A stretch of 59,703 nt of DNA, counting the filler. It is 7 parts of 7 records of this genome, joined end to end, with 100 filler letters (N's around TTAATTAATTAA, not from the genome) between each part and the next. Parts side by side here need not be neighbours in the genome. Positions count along the whole stretch, not along the records: positions 10,304 to 26,391 come from SRR2962707_4663; 6 more parts are not named here. One strand, given 5' to 3'. Under the pieces are notes generated by a model. The model searched no databases, was not told the DNA's origin, and was given only the letters and a program-made list of their open reading frames with translations. A program made the translations under genes and the position numbers. How positions within the stretch are numbered: the first letter of the stretch is position 1; each line of letters begins with the position of its first letter. This document shows positions 10,305-16,906 of the stretch, in pieces.

Positions 10305-10721
10305 GAACACTTCCAGTGGGTTATCGCCCTCACCCGCGTTGTCTCCGCCGTGTTCCGCAAAGGCGGCGACGTAACCTTCCTGGTGGAAGAACTGCGCAGC
10401 GTGTACGACCCCAACGGCGGCTACTTCAAGAAAGGCGGCGTATTCATGCCCTCACTTGTCGCCGAAATCGGCGCCGTGATCGAGAAGCACCTCAAGGCCA
10501 TCGGCCTGATTGAAAGCGAGGAAATGAGCGAAGTCACCAAACGCATCCTCGCCGAAAAACGCGCCGAATTCGAAGCCAGCCACACCACGGCCACGAACGA
10601 CGACAAAGCCGGCGACTACCCACCCAACGCCACCATGTGCGGCAAGTGCAGCACCAAGGCGGTGATTGTGATGGATGGGTGCGCGACTTGCCTGTCTTGT
10701 GGCGATAGTAAGTGCGGTTGA
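10305..10721 (+). CDS. nrdJb: Class II (B12-dependent) ribonucleotide reductase C-terminal part (NrdJb-like), 5'-truncated
   Basis: EHFQWVIALTRVVSAVFRKGGDVTFLVEELRSVYDP.GGYFK and C-terminal C..C...MDGC.TC..CG.SKCG. Confidence 0.8.
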   Translation, partial: EHFQWVIALTRVVSAVFRKGGDVTFLVEELRSVYDPNGGYFKKGGVFMPSLVAEIGAVIEKHLKAIGLIESEEMSEVTKRILAEKRAEFEASHTTATNDDKAGDYPPNATMCGKCSTKAVIVMDGCATCLSCGDSKCG

Positions 10722-10747
10722 GGTGATTGACTGCGATGTGTGATGAG

Positions 10748-10781
10748 AAGGCCTGGAGTGTGAAAGCTTCGGGCCTTTTTT
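10748..10781 (+). terminator. Rho-independent terminator after nrdJb
   Basis: AAGGCCTGGAG-loop-CTTCGGGCCTT followed by TTTT. Confidence 0.7.
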
Positions 10782-10889
10782 GTTTTCGCTCGGATGTAAT
10801 CGCCTGACCGCTTCGTTATTACGTGGCGATATTACGACAGAGCTAGGCATCCGACTCGCAACATCTTGAAATATTGGCGGCTTTTAGGC

Positions 10890-10984
10890 GTGCGTTCTAT
10901 ATTTTTGCGGAATAACGACGCGCAGTAATGCCGAAGTCACGTTTTGGAATATTGAAGCGTTCTATCAAGTACGCAGTTAGGTAT
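10890..10984 (+). other. Putative integron attI site (crossover G/TT at 10976/10977)
   Basis: GTTAGGTAT (10976-10984) is the exact reverse complement of ATACCTAAC (12379-12387) ending the first cassette; no attC hairpin upstream; direct repeat GCGTTCTAT at 10892 and 10957. Confidence 0.65.
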
Positions 10985-11033
10985 AGGCGCTGATCGAAAA
11001 ATATCTTTATTTTTCAATAACAAGGAGAACGAA

Positions 11034-11975
11034 ATGCCAAATGTTGTAAGTATGATTAATTGGAAGGGTGGCGTGGGGAAAACATCACTTACGCTACATC
11101 TCGCGTCAGGTTTAGCTACACGGCATAGTAAGCGCGTTCTCCTGATTGACCTGGATGCTCAGTGCAACCTATCTTTTTTAGCTGTCGGCCTCTCTCCTTA
11201 TGTTGACCACACCTATAAGCGTAACGGGCCAACATTGAAAACGATTTTTGATGCATACTTTGATCGTAGTTCTCTGAATCCAAAAGATGTGATCTTGGAG
11301 AAGCAGGTTCGTGCGCGTGCCGGAAAGATATACACCCAAGTCGGTATCATCTTGTCTCACCAAGAACTCACCTTGCTAGATATGAAGCTTGCTCGTGAAA
11401 AGAGGTCGGGGAAGGACCATAGAGAGGAAACCCGATTTGAGATAGAAAAGCTTTCTGTAATTAAAAATATAATAGACTCAGTTTCGGATGAATACGATTA
11501 TGTACTTCTAGATTGCCCACCAAACGTCAATCTGGTTACCCAAAATGCTTTTTTTGCAAGCGACTACTATGTTGTTCCGGCGATTCCAGATTTTTTATCA
11601 ACCGTTGGTATCTCTTTGATTACAAAATACATGGATCAGTTCAATAAAGATTATAGTTCGATGTGGAGTTATGCAGGGCTTCCTGGAAGTTACAACGATA
11701 CAAAGTTTGGTGGAATTATTTTCAACATGGTTGACGAGTACGGTGGTGGTCCTAAGGACGGTCATCAGCAAATCATTAACTCCACTGCGTCGCAACTTGG
11801 CAAAGGAGCAGTTTTTGATAAATATGTTACGGATGGTGATGGCATGTCAGCGGCAGCACAAGTAAATCTTCCTGTATTTGCTTTTGCTGACCTACCACGA
11901 TCCCAGCAAAACGCCCAAAAGCAAGCTACGTATCTTGAGGGCGTGGTCGATGAGTTTATCACGCGAATTATATAA
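11034..11975 (+). CDS. ParA/Soj-family ATPase (cassette 1, gene A)
   Basis: Deviant Walker A KGGVGKT, LLIDLDAQCNLS, DYVLLDCPPN; RBS AAGGAG upstream. Confidence 0.85.
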   Translation: MPNVVSMINWKGGVGKTSLTLHLASGLATRHSKRVLLIDLDAQCNLSFLAVGLSPYVDHTYKRNGPTLKTIFDAYFDRSSLNPKDVILEKQVRARAGKIYTQVGIILSHQELTLLDMKLAREKRSGKDHREETRFEIEKLSVIKNIIDSVSDEYDYVLLDCPPNVNLVTQNAFFASDYYVVPAIPDFLSTVGISLITKYMDQFNKDYSSMWSYAGLPGSYNDTKFGGIIFNMVDEYGGGPKDGHQQIINSTASQLGKGAVFDKYVTDGDGMSAAAQVNLPVFAFADLPRSQQNAQKQATYLEGVVDEFITRII

Positions 11976-11987
11976 GGTGGCTAATCT

Positions 11988-12386
11988 ATGAAGACACATG
12001 AGCTAGCCAACCAACTTGAATTGTTGGCAAAATTACTCAGAAGTATGCCAGACACTGAGTTTAGTGAAGCAAGTGGAGAGCAAGTGCAGCACTCTCTACA
12101 ACTATTTGAGAGCAAAACTACTAAGCCTTCTTCTCGTGCCAACAAATCATTGCCAAAAGGAATAGAAGAAAGCCTCTCAGGGAAATCTCCGGCTGAAATT
12201 GAAAAATTCCTTAGTTCCGAGGATGAGAACTTTTCCCTTAATAATCTCTTAGAGTTTGCGGAGCGTTTAGGTATTTCTACTTCAAAGCGGCAAAGCAAAA
12301 GTGCAGTAATAAACCTCATTACTAGGCATTTTGAGGCAAAGCAAATGCATTCGATAATTCGCAACACTAAGCCCGATGATACCTAA
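11988..12386 (+). CDS. Hypothetical 132-aa protein (cassette 1, gene B)
   Basis: Starts 12 nt after the parA stop with AAGGTGG RBS; its TAA stop lies in the attC R'' core ACCTAAC. Confidence 0.75.
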   Translation: MKTHELANQLELLAKLLRSMPDTEFSEASGEQVQHSLQLFESKTTKPSSRANKSLPKGIEESLSGKSPAEIEKFLSSEDENFSLNNLLEFAERLGISTSKRQSKSAVINLITRHFEAKQMHSIIRNTKPDDT

Positions 12387-12464
12387 CCAAAACAGGCACG
12401 GCGACGGCTACTCCACTGCGGCTGCGCCTCCATTCCGTAGCCGCGCGTGCTGTTGGCGTTAACG
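12381..12464 (+). repeat. attC site 1 (84 nt)
   Basis: R'' ACCTAAC, L'' CAGGCAC, central arms GCGACGGCTAC/GTAGCCGCGC, L' GTGCTG, R' GTTAACG. Confidence 0.9.
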
Positions 12465-12486
12465 TTTTATCTATCAGAAGGAGTTC

Positions 12487-13134
12487 GTGTTGTCTCTGAA
12501 AGGTTTGATTGAAGAAGGTGCTGTAGCGAAACGTCTACTGAAGCCCGTTTTTTCGTGGGGTAGAGGCTCCTGGTTCAAAAGGCTTTTGGTTTTAAGTCTG
12601 TTTGGTCTGATTTTTATCACTGGTTACTACCTATTACTTCAGTCACTGCTTTCAGAGGTCAGAAAGCATGATGATCAGGTGTCAAAAGAAAGGAATCGGA
12701 TTGTAGACGCAAGTCTCTACCAAGCAACGATTGGTTTTGCGGAGCTGTGTCTTAAACCGGCAACGATAGATAAAGAGAACGCCTCTTGGTATTGCGAAAA
12801 GGCTTTGCAGTTGTATAAGAACAACAACAAAGGAACGCCACCTGAATTAAGGAATGAGATTGTCGAACGTAAGGCGTACGGGGCTATGGTTGCCGACATG
12901 GAATCTCAACTTAGAGGTATCAAGCTAGATCGACTTGATCAGACGTCCCCTGCTCTTGATTGGCTTGATCAGATATTGAGCAAAACTGGTATGTTTTTAA
13001 CATTGTCCTTGGCTCTCTTCGGTATTTTGGCTTTGGTGTACGGCCTATATTTACACCGTGACAATTCGGAATCTGATGAGCCAGAAGGGGGTTCCAGTAA
13101 TTCTCAAAACACGTTAACAAGTGGGTCAAGCTGA
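12487..13134 (+). CDS. Hypothetical 2-TM membrane protein (cassette 2)
   Basis: GGAG RBS, GTG start; two hydrophobic helices (LLVLSLFGLIFITGYYLLL; MFLTLSLALFGILALVYGLYL) flank a soluble domain; ORF reads into attC2. Confidence 0.7.
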   Translation: MLSLKGLIEEGAVAKRLLKPVFSWGRGSWFKRLLVLSLFGLIFITGYYLLLQSLLSEVRKHDDQVSKERNRIVDASLYQATIGFAELCLKPATIDKENASWYCEKALQLYKNNNKGTPPELRNEIVERKAYGAMVADMESQLRGIKLDRLDQTSPALDWLDQILSKTGMFLTLSLALFGILALVYGLYLHRDNSESDEPEGGSSNSQNTLTSGSS

Positions 13135-13189
13135 CCGGGGTAAGTCCAACAATGTGCTTCGCACGTTGCCCCTTCGCAAAGCGTTAGGC
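13112..13189 (+). repeat. attC site 2, hybrid/degenerate
   Basis: R'' ACGTTAAC complements GTTAACGT at 12458; R' GTTAGGC; the left arm (GGGTCAAG) and right arm (CCCCTTCGCA) do not pair. Confidence 0.7.
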
Positions 13190-13200
13190 ATGAGGGAGTT

Positions 13201-13692
13201 ATGGATAATTCTGACTACATAGCACTTGGATCGGCTGTAATTGCTTTGGCGGCTTTTGGAGTCGCCATATGGCAGGGACATATAAGCCGACGGCACAATA
13301 TTTTGTCAGTTAAGCCACGCTTTCATATTGATAAGAGCTATATCGAAGGCCTTCACTATCGGCTGGAGAGTCAGGGGCTAGGTCCTGGAGTAGTGAGAGA
13401 ATTTTCCATTCTTGTGAATGAGCAAGAAATTACCGACCCTACAGAAGATCCATGGCCCGACATATTCAAAGCTCTAGGGGTAACCGGGATCAATTATGAT
13501 TTTCACATCCCGGCGGTTGGATCAACCCACGCACCCAACACCTCAAGGCAGCTGCTAAGCGTTACCTTTGCCAATATTTCAACTGACCCCAAAGTGATTG
13601 AGACGATTGATCAAGCAATAAACTTTAGGATTAAATTCAAATCACTGTATGAGAATGAGATGTTCTCTTACAAAGGGGGGGAGGATGCCTAA
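13201..13692 (+). CDS. Hypothetical protein with N-terminal TM helix (cassette 3)
   Basis: GAGGGAG RBS; IALGSAVIALAAFGVAIW helix; stop lies within R'' GCCTAAC. Confidence 0.75.
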   Translation: MDNSDYIALGSAVIALAAFGVAIWQGHISRRHNILSVKPRFHIDKSYIEGLHYRLESQGLGPGVVREFSILVNEQEITDPTEDPWPDIFKALGVTGINYDFHIPAVGSTHAPNTSRQLLSVTFANISTDPKVIETIDQAINFRIKFKSLYENEMFSYKGGEDA

Positions 13693-13771
13693 CCATCGCA
13701 GGCACAGCGACGGCTTCTCCATTGCAGCTTCGCCTCCCCTCCATTCCAAAGCCGCGCATGCTGCAGGCGTT
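13687..13771 (+). repeat. attC site 3 (same family as attC1), interrupted at the R' GTT by a MITE; original R' resumes at 13940 (GTTAGGC)
   Basis: ATGCCTAAC complements GTTAGGCAT at 13183; CAGGCACAGCGACGGCT...AGCCGCGCATGCTG arms. Confidence 0.9.
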
Positions 13772-13939
13772 GAGGCTGTAGAAAATGTCCCGAGGTATTC
13801 TGGGGTGGCGCTCATACGTGAAATTTGAAGGATTTTTCGGAGCAAAATATGCCTCAGATTTTATGAAAAGGCGCTATTTTTAGTGCGAAATTTAAACAAC
13901 TCGAGGCTTCGAAATAACTCTGGGGTTTTCTACAGCCTC
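13772..13939. mobile_element. 168-bp non-autonomous inverted-repeat element (MITE), possibly IS1182/IS5-type ends
   Basis: Perfect 14-bp TIR GAGGCTGTAGAAAA / TTTTCTACAGCCTC, flanked by GTT direct repeats (13769-13771, 13940-13942); no transposase. Confidence 0.85.
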
Positions 13940-13955
13940 GTTAGGCGAGAATCGA

Positions 13956-14450
13956 ATGAGCATACTAGCCACACATGCACAGGATTTCCTGAATGCCTAC
14001 GAGATCTTAAGGGAGAGCAACGACTCGTTCGTTAAACAGAACATACCTGATGCAGATGAACGGTGTATCGGAAAAACTTTTGGTACTCGTCCTGCAATGG
14101 GTGTCGATATCGTTTGCTTGGCATTTTCGGTCGAATTGCATTTGAAGGAACTGCATCGGGTGTCTTATGGCAAGATCCCTCGAGGACACAAGATCATTGA
14201 GCTTTTCAAGGCTTTGTCGGGAGCAGAACAGGAAGGAGTCGTTTCTCACCATTCCATAGCACGATACGGTTGGGATTGCGCACAATTGAAATGTGAGCTA
14301 CTTGCCATCAGCGACAGTTTCGAAAAGTGGAGATACGCCTACGAGAGCACAGCCCTCCGGTACAACATTTATTTCGCGAAGGCTCTAATAGAGGCTCTGC
14401 AATTCGTAGCAGCAAGAAAAGGAGGCGTGCATGAGGCAAGGCGCACCTAG
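13956..14450 (+). CDS. HEPN-like domain protein (cassette 4)
   Basis: AFSVELHLKEL...PRGHKIIELF...FEKWRY matches the E..LK / H.l..L / RY pattern of helical HEPN domains. Confidence 0.6.
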   Translation: MSILATHAQDFLNAYEILRESNDSFVKQNIPDADERCIGKTFGTRPAMGVDIVCLAFSVELHLKELHRVSYGKIPRGHKIIELFKALSGAEQEGVVSHHSIARYGWDCAQLKCELLAISDSFEKWRYAYESTALRYNIYFAKALIEALQFVAARKGGVHEARRT

Positions 14451-14528
14451 CAAGCGCAGACATCGCGACGGCTTTTTCATTGCGGCTTCGCCTTCATTTC
14501 AAAGCCGCGCATGCTGCGGTCGTTATAT
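14445..14528 (+). repeat. attC site 4 (attC1 family) with mutated R'' core (ACCTAGC)
   Basis: CAGACATCGCGACGGCTTT...AAAGCCGCGCATGCTG arms; R' GTTATAT; AAC core changed to AGC. Confidence 0.85.
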
Positions 14529-14544
14529 TTTACAGGGAGGTTGA

Positions 14545-15105
14545 ATGGACACCCAGCAGTTACTTGAGGCTGCGCAGACAATCGACATTCTTCGATCAAT
14601 GTTCGCCGATGATAAAAACGAATGGTTGCCGGTCATTGCAGCAATTGGGGGTGCATTCGTAGGCGGTATCTCGACCTTCGTCCCTAGCTATCTTCTGGAA
14701 AAGAGGAAGTTAAAGCAGGAGGCGCGCTCCGTAGAAACCGCCCTTGTTTCCGAAGTATCAGCCTTGCTCGAGGTTATTGAGCATCGAAGGTACGTCTACG
14801 GATTGGAGGAGTCGGTTCACTATCTCAAGCAGAATCCTGGTAAGAAAAAGGTTTTTGCGACAAAAATACCTGAGCACTACTCACGTATTTATCAAGAGCA
14901 CATCTCCAAGATTGGTCTGCTTCACCCCGACCTGTCTGCAAAAATCATCCGGTTTCATCAACTGATAGATTCGGGAGTCCAAGACATCTCTACAGGAGGC
15001 TTTATCGCAGAAACTGGTGGTGGCATTGAAGCTTTCGAAGAGTTACTCGAAATATTCTATTCGGCAGTGAAGATCGGCCGAGAGATTGTCGGAACAGAAA
15101 TATAA
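14545..15105 (+). CDS. Hypothetical protein with one TM helix (cassette 5)
   Basis: GGGAGG RBS; WLPVIAAIGGAFVGGISTFVP helix; stop lies in R'' AAATATAAC, complementary to GTTATATTT at 14522. Confidence 0.75.
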   Translation: MDTQQLLEAAQTIDILRSMFADDKNEWLPVIAAIGGAFVGGISTFVPSYLLEKRKLKQEARSVETALVSEVSALLEVIEHRRYVYGLEESVHYLKQNPGKKKVFATKIPEHYSRIYQEHISKIGLLHPDLSAKIIRFHQLIDSGVQDISTGGFIAETGGGIEAFEELLEIFYSAVKIGREIVGTEI

Positions 15106-15140
15106 CCAGTCGCTGTAGTACGCGGTGCACTTACCCCAGT
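15098..15140 (+). repeat. Truncated attC site 5 (left arm only)
   Basis: ATATAACCAGTCGCTGTAG left arm, then GCACTTACCCCAGT; no matching L'/R'. Confidence 0.6.
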
Positions 15141-15157
15141 GAGAGAGGCTGCCGTTG

Positions 15158-15721
15158 ATGGACGAAGAGGAATCCCTAAACAGAGCAATTCACGAAGATG
15201 TGAAGCTCTACCAATACAACCCCAACTGGCCAGCAATGTTCCAGGATGAGCGGGACCGCCTCCTTCATTTGTTTCCGGGTGAGTTTCTGGCGATCGAACA
15301 TATCGGCAGCACCGCAGTACCCGGCCTATCGGCCAAGCCGATCATCGATATCCTGGCGGGGGTAGATTCGATGTCACGGGCCGATGAGTTAATGGAACCG
15401 TTGTGCCAGTCAAAATACGCTACCTCAATGGATTTCAATGCCTCGTTAGTGGATCGGCGTTGGCTTATGCGATGGGCCGAGGGGCGCAGGACACATCACC
15501 TGCATCTTATGGTGTTCGGTAGTCAGGAGTGGGATCGGCGCCTGGCCTTTCGGAACATACTTCGTGCCAATACGGAACTGGCACAACGGTATGAGCAAAA
15601 TAAGCGGATGTGGGTGGCGGAATTCCGTTCGGATAGAGAGGCCTATACTGCGGCTAAAGCAGATTTTATACGGGAGGCATTGAACCACTGCAACCCAGCT
15701 TCAGGACACAAGATCAGATGA
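15158..15721 (+). CDS. GrpB-family protein (nucleotidyltransferase-like fold)
   Basis: YNPNWP..F..E, IEHIGSTAVPGLSAKPIIDI, RTHHLH, LAFR..LR, Y...K, REAYTAAK..FI. Confidence 0.85.
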   Translation: MDEEESLNRAIHEDVKLYQYNPNWPAMFQDERDRLLHLFPGEFLAIEHIGSTAVPGLSAKPIIDILAGVDSMSRADELMEPLCQSKYATSMDFNASLVDRRWLMRWAEGRRTHHLHLMVFGSQEWDRRLAFRNILRANTELAQRYEQNKRMWVAEFRSDREAYTAAKADFIREALNHCNPASGHKIR

Positions 15722-16071
15722 GCGAATTCGTCGATAACCTCAATGATGTATTTTGCCAGTTCGGCCCGGTTTCCGTTCGGCGTATGTTCGGTGGCTATGG
15801 TGTGTACCACGATGGCGTGATGTTTGGCCTTGTTGCGGATGATGTTCTGTATCTGAAGGTCGATGGGGAATCGATGGGGCGGTTTACAGAGCTGGATTTG
15901 GAGCCGTTCGAATACGAGAAAAATGGCGCTAAGATTAAGATGTCTTACTACATGGCACCGGAGAGCATTTTCGAGGATTCTGAAGAGGCAAAAGAATGGG
16001 CAGAGCTGGCATTCAATGCGGCGCTCCGGGCCAGGAAACCAGCAGCAAGAACCAAGGCAAACAAGAAATGA
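15718..16071 (+). CDS. TfoX/Sxy N-terminal domain protein
   Basis: FGPVSVRRMFGGYGVY..GVMFGLVADDVLYLKVD...MSYY. Confidence 0.85.
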   Translation: MSEFVDNLNDVFCQFGPVSVRRMFGGYGVYHDGVMFGLVADDVLYLKVDGESMGRFTELDLEPFEYEKNGAKIKMSYYMAPESIFEDSEEAKEWAELAFNAALRARKPAARTKANKK

Positions 16072-16151
16072 CCGCCTACGTAATCGTCCATGGACTTACC
16101 CCGGTACAGTAGGCGCTCCTAGCCTTTGATCGGAGCATAAGAGGAATTTTC

Positions 16152-16892
16152 ATGAGAGTAGGCTTGCTGATCATCGTCGCATTCTGGTGCCTTCCAGTTT
16201 CTTCCCAAACGCTCGAAATTATGGGGTCGGACGAGGGTTTTCTGCCGTTTTATTACGGTGACAACCTTAACAAGGGCATTCTGGTTGAGGTGATCAATGA
16301 GTTCAGCCTGGAGGCCGGTATTACAGCCGGTTTTCGCCCGATGCCGCGCAAGCGCCAGGCCTGGGCCCTGGAAAAAGGACAAGCCAACGCGGTTTTTGCC
16401 AACCCGTTGTGGATGCCGCTACCAAGCCGGATGCACGCCGTCGGACCGGTGTTAACCTGGCGAGATCGTCTGTTCGCACAACCTGGCCGACAACCGGCCT
16501 CCTTCGATGATCTTGATGGCAGCATCTGTCTGCGAAAATGGTTTGTCTACAGTGATCAACTTGAGCGGCGGATTGGTACCAACCTGGCCCGCCATGACTC
16601 TTATAATGCCCAACAGATGCTGGGCATGTTTCTGAACAAACGCTGCGATTACGCCGTCATGAACGAAATGGAGTTCCGGTTTCTGGCAAAGTTGGTGGAA
16701 GTCGATCCGAATTTTTACAGCACGGAACTGATCGACGCCGAATGGCCGGTCTATCTTGGTATCCTCAAAACCGAGGCGGCTCTGATTGAAGCGGCGGAAG
16801 CTTTTTTCGCTACCCGCACGGTTGATGCGGAAGCCATGCTACCCAAACTGCCGCCGCCGGACCGGCACATCTCGATTCAGCCGGACAAGTAA
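16152..16892 (+). CDS. Periplasmic substrate-binding protein (family 3-like), orphan
   Basis: Signal peptide; PF....GILVEVI, PRKR....LE.G, MFL.KRCDY. Confidence 0.6.
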   Translation: MRVGLLIIVAFWCLPVSSQTLEIMGSDEGFLPFYYGDNLNKGILVEVINEFSLEAGITAGFRPMPRKRQAWALEKGQANAVFANPLWMPLPSRMHAVGPVLTWRDRLFAQPGRQPASFDDLDGSICLRKWFVYSDQLERRIGTNLARHDSYNAQQMLGMFLNKRCDYAVMNEMEFRFLAKLVEVDPNFYSTELIDAEWPVYLGILKTEAALIEAAEAFFATRTVDAEAMLPKLPPPDRHISIQPDK

Positions 16893-16906
16893 GGCAACTG
16901 ATTACT

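Larger units (their letters stand above)
10976..15140 (+). mobile_element. Integron gene-cassette array without an adjacent integrase (CALIN-like), at least 5 cassettes
   Basis: Co-oriented AT-rich ORFs each followed by attC-like imperfect palindromes; R'/R'' complementarity across cassettes 1, 2, 3 and 5 (8-9 bp), degenerate in cassette 4. Confidence 0.9.

Noticed and set aside
10452-10850. Minus-strand 132-aa ORF as an intI remnant
   Set aside because: It is mostly the antisense shadow of nrdJb and has no tyrosine recombinase motifs
11034-12386. ParA pair as evidence of a plasmid or prophage
   Set aside because: No rep, phage genes or parS iterons; the pair is bounded by cassette cores next to chromosomal nrdJb
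13825-13853. Sigma70 promoter inside the MITE (TTGAAG-17-TATGCC)
   Set aside because: The -10 match is too weak to call from sequence alone
12381-14528. Three similar ~84-nt repeats as a CRISPR array or REP elements
   Set aside because: They are separated by whole genes, carry RYYYAAC/GTTRRRY-type ends and have no cas genes nearby; they fit attC sites
13956-15721. HEPN plus GrpB (NTase fold) as a HEPN-MNT toxin-antitoxin pair
   Set aside because: They are separated by attC4, cassette 5 and attC5, so they are not one unit; GrpB is not a typical MNT antitoxin
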